Assembly (NCBI GenBank): GCA_019721075.1
Contig: JAHEAD010000007.1
Location: 1-64,000, forward strand
Direction: 5' to 3'
DNA length: 64,000 nt
From: Candidatus Sysuiplasma jiujiangense
GTDB taxonomy: Archaea; Thermoplasmatota; Thermoplasmata; Sysuiplasmatales; Sysuiplasmataceae
Shown: positions 47,673 through 57,838 of the stretch, piece by piece
How positions within the stretch are numbered: position 1 is the first letter of the stretch
Layout of the letters: the number at the start of each line of letters is the position of its first letter
Notes under the pieces: model-generated
Told to the model about the DNA's origin: nothing
Seen by the model: the letters and a program-made list of their open reading frames with translations, nothing else
Database searches by the model: none
Translations under genes and position numbers: made by a program

Positions 47673-49139
47673 TCATGCAACGGTTTCCTCAACAACATCG
47701 TAGTCTGCGGAGCCGGCACGCATGAGCGCGTCCCTCTTGTTTCTGTAGAGATAAACACCGAAAAGCAATGCACCGATTATCCATATGCCCGCCAGTACAG
47801 GGGAGAGAACATATGGCCATCCGAGTTCGTCAAACGCAAACACGATTACGGGCAGCAGGGAAACACTCGAAACTATTGGGATGACTGCGTCCTTGAGAAC
47901 ACTGTAGTCTTCCCTTTGTTTGTGTGCAAAACGAAGATACGCAATATTGGCCATCGTATGACCTGCAACAAGCCCTATACCCGCCATTGCTCCGGTAATT
48001 ATTGCCGCAATGAATGGTCCAAATGGAATCGAAAGCGCAAGAGACATAAACAGGGCAATAAGAGAAACCACCACTACGGCCCTGTACGGTGTTTGATATT
48101 TAGGATGTGTTTCAGAGAGCCATTTTGGGAGAACACCGTCTCTTGCCATGGCATACAGAATCCTGGACTGGACGATGGGATTTGCGACAGTATATGCGAT
48201 GTAACCGTTGAGTATGAAGAAAAGCAGTATCAACTCACCGGGAAGACCGAAAAATCTGTGCCAGATTATCAGTCCGGGGTCAGGTGATGTTGCATACGAA
48301 GCCATCTTTGAAGGACCCCAGGCGATAGTCAGTGCATACATGGCAGATATCAGAGTCGCGCCGGCCAGCACAGCGGCAATTATGATCGCCCTGGGGACGC
48401 TCCTCTTTGCCATCTTTGTTTCTTCACCGATCCCGATTACTGTTCCCATTCCTCCATAGGCTTCTATTCCGTAAAGCATCGCGAACAGGAAGGGAACAAT
48501 ACTGATGCCTGCGGGGTTGAATACACTCAGGGTATTCGCCGCTCCCATCCTGATTATGATTGTCCAGCTTGTTACCAGGAGAAATATAACTTCTGCACTG
48601 GCTGTTATCAAAAGGTATACCAGGGAAGGCCTTATGCCGAAATAATTGAAGACGAGGCCGGTTGCAAACGGAATCAGGAGTATTGGGAACCAGATGTATG
48701 CGATGGAAGATATCGCAGGTGAAAGCAGGAATACTACAGAAGTGAAACCCAGAAGTCCAAAACTGGGATAGATTACCATTTCGTTCAGCAGATACATCCA
48801 TCCATTCATGAACCCGTAAAATCCACCGAATCCATGGCCCCCTATCGCATAATATCCGCCTGCATGAATTACTCTCTTCGAAAAGCGGTAGTTTGTATTT
48901 ACCATCAGCAAGTAGAAGACCCACGAAAGCAGGACAGAGAGGGGAGAGGCACCAAGCGCGAAGAGCGCGACGCCCGTCAGCAGTATACCGATGTCGCCAG
49001 AAGGTGCCACATGCGTGTATGCCTGAAAGACAGCATGCCAGACGCCAACAGCATTTTTCCGAAGGGCGTGCTTCGAGTCGAGTTTAATTTTCCCTCCATC
49101 CACAGCCGCGCCAGAAAATTCCACGCTAGGAATGGGCAT
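47673..49139 (-). CDS. APC-family amino acid/polyamine permease
   Basis: About 12 TMs; AGGYY, GEETK.AKRSVPRA, SRILYAMARDGVLP, HPKYQTP. Confidence 0.9.
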   Translation of the reverse strand: MPIPSVEFSGAAVDGGKIKLDSKHALRKNAVGVWHAVFQAYTHVAPSGDIGILLTGVALFALGASPLSVLLSWVFYLLMVNTNYRFSKRVIHAGGYYAIGGHGFGGFYGFMNGWMYLLNEMVIYPSFGLLGFTSVVFLLSPAISSIAYIWFPILLIPFATGLVFNYFGIRPSLVYLLITASAEVIFLLVTSWTIIIRMGAANTLSVFNPAGISIVPFLFAMLYGIEAYGGMGTVIGIGEETKMAKRSVPRAIIIAAVLAGATLISAMYALTIAWGPSKMASYATSPDPGLIIWHRFFGLPGELILLFFILNGYIAYTVANPIVQSRILYAMARDGVLPKWLSETHPKYQTPYRAVVVVSLIALFMSLALSIPFGPFIAAIITGAMAGIGLVAGHTMANIAYLRFAHKQREDYSVLKDAVIPIVSSVSLLPVIVFAFDELGWPYVLSPVLAGIWIIGALLFGVYLYRNKRDALMRAGSADYDVVEETVA

Positions 49140-49419
49140 GGACGCTGGATTACTGATATAATATATATACGTTATTGGGTCTTTCTACCAAACTCTGGTT
49201 GTATACAATGCCAGCAGGTGAAAGTCAAATCAGCAGGACACCGTAAAATTTAGAGTCGGGTGCATCGTTTCACCTGGTATCAAAGCAGGGGATGCAACTT
49301 GACAGAGTCAGAAGTGGATTCGCAAATAAGAAGATATTGTGCCATTTTGGAGAGAACCTTCGGTGAACCTCCCGACAGCTTCCTGAGTCTTCACCCGGAC
49401 TTCAGAGACGCTGTTGCCG

Positions 49420-49905
49420 GATGACCGTTTCCGGCAGCGGCGTCCCTCCATGGCCTGAAGCCTGACACGGTGGAGGAGCTCCTCCCCTCCCTTTACCGCA
49501 GGCAGCCGAAATACCCGGCAGCCGCGATGCTGAAGTCTCTCATGCTGATGGATCGGAAGCTGATGAACATCCATCCCTGCATGCCGGCATTGCTCCTCAT
49601 GCAGAAATGCGGTCTATCGGGGCTTAACATGGTAGATCTTTACACTGAGGTGTGTAGACCCTGAACGGCTGGCTGTTTGTCAATTTCACTGCAATGATGC
49701 TCTAATACCGCATACACAACCTGCTTGTTTCGCACGGTATGCTCAGGAAGTATTCGCCGATGGGCATCCTCGAGCATCGGTCAGGGGTGCAGATGCTCAG
49801 CGTGGACGGTCAATGGATAATGGCGGAGATGCTGAGGAGGACGAGAGAGATGATAACGCAGCCGGAGATACCTGTTATTCAAAATTGACGGAGTTACGGA
49901 TTAAG
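49420..49905 (+). mobile_element. Mixed transposase debris (IS5/IS1182-like N-terminus; IS1634-like C-terminus)
   Basis: VEELLPSLYRRQPKYPAAAMLKSLMLM; VDGQWIMAEMLRRTREMI followed by GTTACGGATTAAG. Confidence 0.45.
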
Positions 49906-49931
49906 CCGCAATGCAATGACCCGAACTGTTT

Positions 49932-50219
49932 TCATGTTCTGAGTGTAAAGTAAAGGGAGAGCAGAGCCGCGAGTCCGAGTGTGTTGAGAATTGCGAGCGG
50001 CAACGATACGGAATCTCCCATGCTCCTGTAAAACGACAGTATTGTCCAGGTTCCCAGCGCATCCTGAGCTATGAAGAGGAGAGCAAAGAGCTGTATTCCG
50101 ATGAGCAGCCTTCCACCGGTTGATCTGTGTATCTTCGAGTAGAGGATGAGAATGTACAGTAGCAGGGCTATCTCCACGGCAAGGACCGCAATTGAGACGA
50201 TCCACCAGAAGCCAATCAT
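49932..50219 (-). CDS. Small three-TM membrane protein
   Basis: MIGFWWIVSIAV...; ATGA overlap with the wHTH gene. Confidence 0.75.
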   Translation of the reverse strand: MIGFWWIVSIAVLAVEIALLLYILILYSKIHRSTGGRLLIGIQLFALLFIAQDALGTWTILSFYRSMGDSVSLPLAILNTLGLAALLSLYFTLRT

Positions 50220-50524
50220 GCTTTCCCTCCATATTTTTCCACTACATCTTTGATGCAATGACCGTTTTCAGTCACTTTCTGTGATGGAAAATACGTCTCC
50301 CCGTACCTCTTTCCAACGACAGCCACTAAACCATTTCCGGCAAGAACCCTGAGATGATGCTCCACTGTCCTGTAGTTCAGTCCAAGCTCACTGCTCAGTC
50401 GATTAGCGTTCATGGGTTCCTTCATCAAACTCTGCATGATCATGAGTCTCGTCCTTCCGCCTCTGGTTGCGAAGAATAACCAGAAACACAGTCTGCTGAA
50501 ATTCTCATCGCTCTCACTCTTCAC
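50216..50524 (-). CDS. ArsR-like winged-helix regulator (archaeal TRGG type)
   Basis: WLFFATRGGRTRLMI, PMNANRLS..LGLNYRTVEHHL..L..NGLV, RYGETYF. Confidence 0.88.
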   Translation of the reverse strand: MKSESDENFSRLCFWLFFATRGGRTRLMIMQSLMKEPMNANRLSSELGLNYRTVEHHLRVLAGNGLVAVVGKRYGETYFPSQKVTENGHCIKDVVEKYGGKA

Positions 50525-50583
50525 GAGGATGACAGCAACCTTGAGCTATTAAAATAAATTTGGAAACGGTTTAGGATCCGGTC

Positions 50584-52032
50584 TCAAACCCTGGACAGGG
50601 GACCGGATCCGGTGAGATCAAACGTCTCGGCAACAATTGCATAGCCGATCTGACCTGTGACAGCGCTGAATCCCTGGCTGTAGTAATGAATTGTGTAGGT
50701 AACGTTCAGGTAGAAGAACTGCGAAGTGTTGGAGGCGTTCTGGACGACGAACTGTACCACAGCCTTCACTAAAGCATTCTGTCCGTTAACTGTGACCACA
50801 GGCGGACTTTCGCTGTAGAACCACACAGCACTCCATATGCCGAAGAACCTGTTCCAAACGCCGTTGATTGCAACTGTGCCATTGTAGGTGCCTGAGAGCT
50901 TGCCGCCGATCCAGTGCAGTGTTGCGTTTGATGCATACTGTTGCATCACAGATGTGCTGTTCTCTATCGCTATATTGTTCCAGTGCGTGAATGCCAGGGA
51001 AGTGACGCTGTTCAATTCTGCAGATTCCTGGGCGAGGGAGATGAAGCCGCTCCCTACTATGTGCCAGATTTCGTTGTATATCATCCAGCTGCCTGCGTTT
51101 TCGATGAAATTCAATGTGTAGTTAATTGTCAGGTACTGTACCTGGCTCTGGTTTGAAGAAGGTGTGAGCACAAACTGATTCATTGATGTCACAGTTGCTG
51201 TATTTCCGCTGACACCGACAGCGGGCGGAGATACCGTATAGAACCACACAGCACTCCATATGCCGAAGAACCTGTTCCAAACGCCGTTGATTGCAACTGT
51301 GCCATTGTAGGTGCCCGTGAGAGGGCCGCCGATCCAGTGCAGTGTTGCGTTTGATGCATACTGGTCGGAGAATAGAGAGGCGTTCTCTATTGCTATGGCA
51401 TCCCAGTGGGAGAATGCAGCAGAACTGACAGCGAGATAATTAAGTTCGCTGAACTGTCCCTGAGTGTATGAGAGAGGCCCTGCGCCCTTGATCATCCACT
51501 CTTCAGCATATATGTGCCATTCTGAAGCGTGTTCAATAAAATGCAGCGTGTACGATATATTCAGATAGTTCACCTGCTGAGGCGATGCAGCCGGAGAAGC
51601 GGTGAACTGTATTCTGGCTGAAACCGAGGAAACATTTCCCGTGACAATCACAGACGGCTGTCCCTGGCTCAGGAACCAGATGGATGACCAGCCGGAAAAG
51701 AATTTCTGCCATACACCCTCTATTGATGCCGTGCCCGAATATGTGCCGTTCAGCGGACCACCTATCCAGTCGAGCGTGGCGTTCGAGGTGTACTGACTCA
51801 TCAGTGAGGAAATATCCCTGTCAGAGATGTAGTTCCAGTGATCATAGGAGGATTTGAGAACAACAGCGCCCTGCTGATTCACATAATTCTGCGAAACCGT
51901 GTTCAACGTCTTCTGATAACCTGCAGCCTTTGAATTTGCTGAGTTGAGGGATACAAGCTCAAAGGCAAACGCAGATGCAAATACAATCGACAGCACAACA
52001 AATACCGCAAGTGCAATGCTGATTCCTTTCAT
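50584..52032 (-). CDS. Membrane-anchored protein with three tandem SnoaL/NTF2-like domains
   Basis: N-terminal TM MKGISIALAV...; three repeats of HW..I..E/DN...QY.SNATL.WIGG.L.GTY.G...I.GVW..FF..WS..WF. Confidence 0.8.
   Translation of the reverse strand: MKGISIALAVFVVLSIVFASAFAFELVSLNSANSKAAGYQKTLNTVSQNYVNQQGAVVLKSSYDHWNYISDRDISSLMSQYTSNATLDWIGGPLNGTYSGTASIEGVWQKFFSGWSSIWFLSQGQPSVIVTGNVSSVSARIQFTASPAASPQQVNYLNISYTLHFIEHASEWHIYAEEWMIKGAGPLSYTQGQFSELNYLAVSSAAFSHWDAIAIENASLFSDQYASNATLHWIGGPLTGTYNGTVAINGVWNRFFGIWSAVWFYTVSPPAVGVSGNTATVTSMNQFVLTPSSNQSQVQYLTINYTLNFIENAGSWMIYNEIWHIVGSGFISLAQESAELNSVTSLAFTHWNNIAIENSTSVMQQYASNATLHWIGGKLSGTYNGTVAINGVWNRFFGIWSAVWFYSESPPVVTVNGQNALVKAVVQFVVQNASNTSQFFYLNVTYTIHYYSQGFSAVTGQIGYAIVAETFDLTGSGPLSRV
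50816..51363. repeat. Near-identical 125-bp intragenic repeat (50816-50940 and 51239-51363)
   Basis: 77 bp identical, 9 divergent nt, 39 bp identical; spacing 423 bp (141 codons). Confidence 0.92.
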
Positions 52033-52119
52033 TTCAACCGGTAGAATCAACAGCGGCGCCGTTATTTGAGCGATTTTCGCAATTATTACACAAATCATAT
52101 GCAAATTACGTGCAATTTG

Positions 52120-52774
52120 GGCCTTGCACATAAACTCATGATCTGGCACCCTTTGCGAGCAGCCTGACATTGTGGCATATCTCCCTTGCAGGCACCTCGT
52201 TTCTCCTGCTCACTGGTTTCCTGCACCTGAGCCTCTCACCGAATATCGCCTTCTCCATGTGGTGACGTGTTTCAGCCATGCTCATTCTGTGGTATCTGCT
52301 CCGGAACCTGTTCACGAATCTCATCGAGTAGTATGTCATGCTGTCGAATGCATCGCTGATATTCCGGGGGAGTACTGCATTGCCCTTCGGCCTGAAACAG
52401 GGCTGCAGTCCGGCAGCCCTTGCAGAGTTGCAGCATCTGTGGTTCCAGTAAGCACTGCCGGCCGCCATGGCTGTGGCGGCGGATTGTTCCGGCACCTCAT
52501 TCATGAGCTGATCGAGCTGGGTGCTGTCATGCCATGTGCCTGCTGTCCTTACAGCCAGTGTCATCAGCGAATCTGTGCCGGAGAGCACATGTATCTTGCC
52601 GTAATCCTTCCTCTCTTCCCTGTACCTGCTGCTCCTCCATGAGCCTGAGCCGTGGAGGAGCAGGCCGGATGAGTCAATCGCGATGGTCGACTCCTCCTTC
52701 CATGCACCCTCTGCCGTATGCTCAAGGAGCGATTTCAGCGTACCCTCCATGGAAGGCATCCTGTTGTATGCCGC
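52120..52774 (-). mobile_element. IS5-family element, copy B: 3' part of the transposase plus right end
   Basis: IAIDSSG, WHDS, GSAY, YHRMSMAETRH, FGERLRCRK; IR at 52120-52134. Confidence 0.88.
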
Positions 52775-53677
52775 TGGAAACTCTGGACCGGCACTTACAC
52801 CAGAGGATCCCCTGATTCCTTTGCAGGCCTGTTAAGAATCTTTGATTCTGAATCCGGAACTATTCCCATTCCTGCCGGCAGGAGATATGGCATTCCCGAA
52901 ATTTAACGTTTTCCACACAATTTTCCTGGAGAGCTATAAATGATATAGTTCAAATCAGAATTTTATCTGCCTAAAAATACTATCATCATTTCAGGAATTT
53001 TGAAACTGTATTCCTCTTCCTCTTTTATAATGAAGCGGAAGCAGGCAGCGTGAATCCCTTCCAGAGTGCAGGAGGCAAATTATTTTGAGTGCCCGGCTTC
53101 GGACCGGACATGGTTTTACGTGTGACCTTTCGGGAATTTTACTTTCGATTTGTGGTGATAGCTGAAAAGCGCGTCTGCCCAGGCAGACAGAACTATCTCA
53201 TCTTCCGTAAACACCATCTTCCCCGTGCCGAGAGCATCTGCAAGCGAACAATACCATTTAGCTGGTTTGGTTGAGGCGAGCTATCTGTGCTTTGTGTCGT
53301 TTCCTTACCGGTATGCCTCGACAGCATCGGATGCACCAGCTCACAGCAGCTTGACCTCGCAAACGGTTTTCAACGTGATTGCAGGGTGGGCAGGCGCGCT
53401 GTATCTTACCGGTTCATATATCATGTCAAGCCTTCACGTTTCCGTTCAACTTGCGGAGAGGCTGAATGTCTGTTGCTAACACAGACAGTCAAATCAAAGA
53501 AGAGTGAAATTGATATGCCGGACCTGACCAGGGTGCAAATCGGCATGCGTCATATGTGGAATGATGAGATGCCGTCATCCTGCGCTGTTATTGGATGACC
53601 TGAGGCATTATGCTCGCAGCCGGCCAATGTTTATCTGAAATCCAACGTCACCTGCACCGCGTGGTTGATTGTACGAT

Positions 53678-54460
53678 TTACAGCCTGACTTTGAGTCCGC
53701 TCGGATCCAGTCTGTATTTCCCGAAGTCATTTGTTGAAAGCAGAAAAGAGCCGTCAAACACCGGACCGTCGCGACATACAAGGTAACCGTCAATTGAGCA
53801 GGCATCGCATATTCCGAAACCACATTTCATGTATCTCTCCACAGCGATCTGAGATTTTATCCCGTTCTGCTCCGCAATCTCTGCCAGCTTGTAGAGCATA
53901 ATCTCAGGGCCGCAGGCAATAAGGCAATCGTAAGTTCTCGACCGCATCAATTTCTCTGCCACTTCCGTGGCAAACCCTCTGTGCCCCTCCGAGCCGTCGT
54001 CCGTGGAGACTAGAAATTCATTCGCATACTTCTTCATCCTGCCGCAAAAGAACAACTCATCAGCGCTTCGTGCTCCAAAGACTACGTCGACAACAGCCTT
54101 TCTGGAAAACTCTTCGGCAGCAGTTACAACCGAAGCTATGCCTGTCCCACCGCCGACAACAAGCATCCTCTTTCCATTTGGTTTGAAACTGTTGCCAAAG
54201 ACTCCTCTGATGCCAATTCTCTGGCCGACCTCCATCTTTGACAGATATGATGTTGTTTGACCTATCGTTCTGAACGTGAAGCCTTTCTTCCTGGCATTGT
54301 ATGAGAGCGACATGGGGACCTCCCCTGCTCCCGGCGCCCAAACCATCACAAACTGTCCCGGCTGTGCTTTCCTGGTATCGTCATACCGAATAGTCCAGAT
54401 GTCTTTCCCCTCGCATGTTATCTCTCTGATTTCGGCAATCTCAAGGGTTCCTGTGGGCAA
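53678..54460 (-). CDS. pyrK: Dihydroorotate dehydrogenase B electron-transfer subunit
   Basis: PGQFVMVW, GGGTG, ACGPEIM, ERYMKCGFGICDAC...VCRDGPVF. Confidence 0.95.
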   Translation of the reverse strand: MPTGTLEIAEIREITCEGKDIWTIRYDDTRKAQPGQFVMVWAPGAGEVPMSLSYNARKKGFTFRTIGQTTSYLSKMEVGQRIGIRGVFGNSFKPNGKRMLVVGGGTGIASVVTAAEEFSRKAVVDVVFGARSADELFFCGRMKKYANEFLVSTDDGSEGHRGFATEVAEKLMRSRTYDCLIACGPEIMLYKLAEIAEQNGIKSQIAVERYMKCGFGICDACSIDGYLVCRDGPVFDGSFLLSTNDFGKYRLDPSGLKVRL

Positions 54461-55361
54461 TTCCGATCATCTCCTTTATGTTCTTCAGGTTCTCCCTCTC
54501 CATGAAGTCAGAGAGTTCCGAAATCACCCTGCCGAAAATGCCACTGCCGAATTCCGCGACAGCCGTTCCGATCTGGAAGGCGCAGGCGCCCGCCATTATA
54601 TACTCGGCGGCATCGAGTCCCGTGTAAATTCCTCCCACTCCAACAACTGGAATGGAACATCTCTCGTAAACTTCATATACGCATCTTAGGCCGATAGTTT
54701 TTATCGCCCTTCCTGAGAGTCCGCCATATTTGTTTGACAGAACAGGCATTCTCAACTTGGCCGATATGGCCATTGCCTTGACAGTGTTTATGCACACAAT
54801 CGCATCTGCACCTGAGGATTCGGCCGCCTCGGCAAGGTCTGCAATATCTGCTACATTGGGTGTGAGCTTTGCCCAAACAGGAATATCGACCGCATCCCTG
54901 ACTGAATGAACAATCTCCGAAACATCTTCCTGTGTGCTTCCTATCTCAGAGCCAACTCCCTTTGCATGGGGGCAGCTCAGGTTGAGTTCCACCGCTGCTG
55001 TCCCGGCTTCCTCCATCTCCGAGGCGATTTGTGAAAACTCATCGCCGCTTGCTCCGAATACGCTTCCGATAACCGTAACGCCCTTGGAAACCAGTGAGCG
55101 GATCACATCCGTATAATTCCGTATTCCAGGGTTTGGAAGACCCATTGCGTTGACCATTCCTTCCTCTGTGACGTAAACTGTAGGATTTCTGTAACCGATT
55201 CGCGGTTCAAGGCCAATAGATTTGGTTACCACTGCTCCAGCCCCATCCCTGTATGCCCTGTACATCGATTCTGCCGTCTCGCCAAGTATGCCGCTGGCGA
55301 GAAGAGTTGGGTTTCTTATTGGAATTTTCCCGATTTCACATCTTAATTCCGGTGCTTCCAC
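54441..55361 (-). CDS. pyrD: Dihydroorotate dehydrogenase B catalytic subunit
   Basis: ASG, VTKS, NAMGLPNPG, ELNLSCPH, KLTPNV, GGLSG. Confidence 0.95.
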   Translation of the reverse strand: MEAPELRCEIGKIPIRNPTLLASGILGETAESMYRAYRDGAGAVVTKSIGLEPRIGYRNPTVYVTEEGMVNAMGLPNPGIRNYTDVIRSLVSKGVTVIGSVFGASGDEFSQIASEMEEAGTAAVELNLSCPHAKGVGSEIGSTQEDVSEIVHSVRDAVDIPVWAKLTPNVADIADLAEAAESSGADAIVCINTVKAMAISAKLRMPVLSNKYGGLSGRAIKTIGLRCVYEVYERCSIPVVGVGGIYTGLDAAEYIMAGACAFQIGTAVAEFGSGIFGRVISELSDFMERENLKNIKEMIGIAHRNP

Positions 55362-55469
55362 GGTTATACGGTTAAGGACGCAGGTTATATGAATTCTGTT
55401 GATGAACCTTATCCAATTTATTTCTGCCAGTTATCGAAAAATATTATTTTGCCGGAATTTATCACCGTT

Positions 55470-56339
55470 TCAGGGGGACGTTATTTGCATATAGCCTATT
55501 TCGATATTCAGGTCTGTTATATTGAAAATCGAAAGCTGAATACTGTTGCTGCTAACCTCAATTGAATATTCTCCGCCAGTACCGGTAGGCGGAATGCCTG
55601 TAACATTCTGCAGCTTTCCGAAAGACTGTTTAAGATATTTCGCCCAAGCTTCTGTATAACTGGAGTGTATGGTGAGGTTGAGATCGCCAATTTCGCCTGA
55701 ACCGAACGAAACGCTTCGGTTTGAGAAATATGTGCTTGTCAGAGAAACAGGTCCATCGCCAGAGACAGTGAAATCCCGACCGATAAGTGAAATAAGATTG
55801 ATTGTTATTGAGGCTCCGTTTGAACCTTTTGTGACACTTAGTTGCGGGCCCTCCTGGACGAAGGCAACACTTCCCTGGCTGAGTATTACTGCACCTCCTT
55901 GATATGCAACTGTCTGCGGTGTGTAGTACTGATTGCCAACATTGGTCGATAATGATCCGTTTATTGAGTAATACTCGGTGACATTAGAATGCGCCAGTTT
56001 AAGCTGGTAGCTGAGGGAGGCAGAAAAGGACGTACTGGAAAAGCTCACGCGCCCATTTGTCGGCGAGGCAAAAGGAGCAGATCCCGGCGTTCCCAGCACC
56101 ATTGTCGCTGTCATTGGATAGGGCCATTTCCCGGATTCAAGATTGTAATTCTGTATCTGAAGGGCGGAGAATTCGCCGTAAAGCTGCTGCATGTGGTTGT
56201 ATTCCTGTGTCTTCATGTAAACGGGCACATAGCCAATCATGTAGAGATTTATGAATGAAAGCACGATCAGCAGGATGAACATGGTTGCTATTGCACCTGC
56301 CACCCCTTTCCTGTCAGCGTACAGCTTCTTTACTGTCAT
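55470..56339 (-). CDS. Archaeal type IV pilin-like protein (class III signal peptide)
   Basis: DRKG|VAGAIATMFILLIVLSFI; EYNHM; NQYY..QT..YQGGAVI..Q. Confidence 0.7.
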   Translation of the reverse strand: MTVKKLYADRKGVAGAIATMFILLIVLSFINLYMIGYVPVYMKTQEYNHMQQLYGEFSALQIQNYNLESGKWPYPMTATMVLGTPGSAPFASPTNGRVSFSSTSFSASLSYQLKLAHSNVTEYYSINGSLSTNVGNQYYTPQTVAYQGGAVILSQGSVAFVQEGPQLSVTKGSNGASITINLISLIGRDFTVSGDGPVSLTSTYFSNRSVSFGSGEIGDLNLTIHSSYTEAWAKYLKQSFGKLQNVTGIPPTGTGGEYSIEVSSNSIQLSIFNITDLNIEIGYMQITSP

Positions 56340-56453
56340 TCAAGCCGCTACATCTTCCGTTTGGCTCTTTTTAAACATTACACTCCAGTTTCAACTGTGA
56401 TAATCACATTTAATAAGGCCGAGAGATAACCGCTAAGACGGGCAGGCACGAAA

Positions 56454-57833
56454 ATGATGATCTATGACACAATGTCTCGCGGCAAGGTGAAATTCATCCC
56501 GCAGAAACAGGGAGAAGTAAGCATCTATGTCTGCGGCCTGACAGTATATGATTCAATGCATGTCGGTCATGCAAAGTCATTCGTTTCATTTGATTTCATT
56601 GTCAGGTATCTGAAATTTGCTGGCTATAAGGTAAATCTTGTCGTCAACATCACAGATATCGACGACAAGATCATAAAAAGGGCGAATGAGAAGGGAATTG
56701 AAGCGCTCAAACTGTCATCGGTGTATGCTGCGGAGTTCATCAGTGATATAGATTCGCTGCTGATCGACAGGGCGATTGTCTATCCTAAGGCAAGTGAACA
56801 CATCGGCGATATAATGGCAATGATCGTCTATCTGCAGGAAAACGGCTTCGCATATGAGCTTGAAGGGAGCATCTATTTTGATATAGCAAAGACAAAGGAC
56901 TATGGTAAACTTTCCGGGCAGTCGATCAGCCAGATACTCTCCGGAGCGAGAGTGGAGGTCAATGAGAGAAAGCGGAACCCTGCGGACTTCGCTCTATGGA
57001 AGGCGGCAAAAGAGGGGGAAATAAGCTGGGAGAGCCCGTGGGGAAGGGGCAGGCCGGGCTGGCATATCGAGTGCTCTGCAATGTCTATGAAGTATCTCGG
57101 ACAGACACTCGACATCCATGGCGGGGGTGAGGACCTTATATTCCCCCATCATGAGAACGAAATACAGCAGAGCGAAGCTTACACAAAGAAGAAATTTGCC
57201 AATTACTGGATGCATGTCGGCCTGCTCAATTTTTCTGGCGAAAAGATGTCCAAGTCATTACACAATTTTGTGACAGTGCGGGAACTGCTTTCAAAATACA
57301 GGCCGGAATCGCTCCGTTTCTTTTTTGCCGGCAGTCTATACCGGAGACAATCGGAATTCGGCATGGAGTTGCTCGAGGAAAGCGAACAGGCCCGCAGAAA
57401 ATTGGAGGGCTACGTTCAGGAGCTCCTTTCCGTGGAATCCGAGTCAGGTTCGGGTGAGGAACTGGCATCGTCAATGCTGAATTCATTCAGGGAGCTGATG
57501 GATGATGATTTCAATACACGCGACGTCATAGCTATGCTCTTCACTAAACTCCATGAAGCAAGAAGAATGAAGGAAGCCGGGCAGATATCCGGAAAGGGGG
57601 CGAAGAGCATAATTTCTGCGTTGAAGGAAATCAACGGCGTTCTAAGAATCATGAATGAGGATGCATTTATCAGGCAGACACTGGAAAAAGAAGTCCTCCT
57701 CCTCATAGAGCGCAGGGAGAACGCCAGGAAGGCAAGGCGGTTTGATGAAGCGGATGCAATCAGGGCAAGACTGAGCGAAATGGGCATTGTGCTTGAGGAC
57801 ACGCCTGAAGGTGTCAGATGGCGTAAGAAATAG
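56454..57833 (+). CDS. cysS: Cysteine--tRNA ligase
   Basis: YVCGLTVYD..HVGH, DFALWK, GRPGWHIEC, FPHHENE, KMSKS. Confidence 0.97.
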   Translation: MMIYDTMSRGKVKFIPQKQGEVSIYVCGLTVYDSMHVGHAKSFVSFDFIVRYLKFAGYKVNLVVNITDIDDKIIKRANEKGIEALKLSSVYAAEFISDIDSLLIDRAIVYPKASEHIGDIMAMIVYLQENGFAYELEGSIYFDIAKTKDYGKLSGQSISQILSGARVEVNERKRNPADFALWKAAKEGEISWESPWGRGRPGWHIECSAMSMKYLGQTLDIHGGGEDLIFPHHENEIQQSEAYTKKKFANYWMHVGLLNFSGEKMSKSLHNFVTVRELLSKYRPESLRFFFAGSLYRRQSEFGMELLEESEQARRKLEGYVQELLSVESESGSGEELASSMLNSFRELMDDDFNTRDVIAMLFTKLHEARRMKEAGQISGKGAKSIISALKEINGVLRIMNEDAFIRQTLEKEVLLLIERRENARKARRFDEADAIRARLSEMGIVLEDTPEGVRWRKK

Positions 57834-57838
57834 AAAAT

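Noticed and set aside
50816..51363. Possible DGR template/variable repeat pair
   Set aside because: Differences are clustered and not adenine-specific, both copies are coding, and there is no reverse transcriptase in the window
52775..53677. Island/core boundary checked for tRNA, att site or CRISPR leader
   Set aside because: No cloverleaf, T-loop motif or repeated unit found
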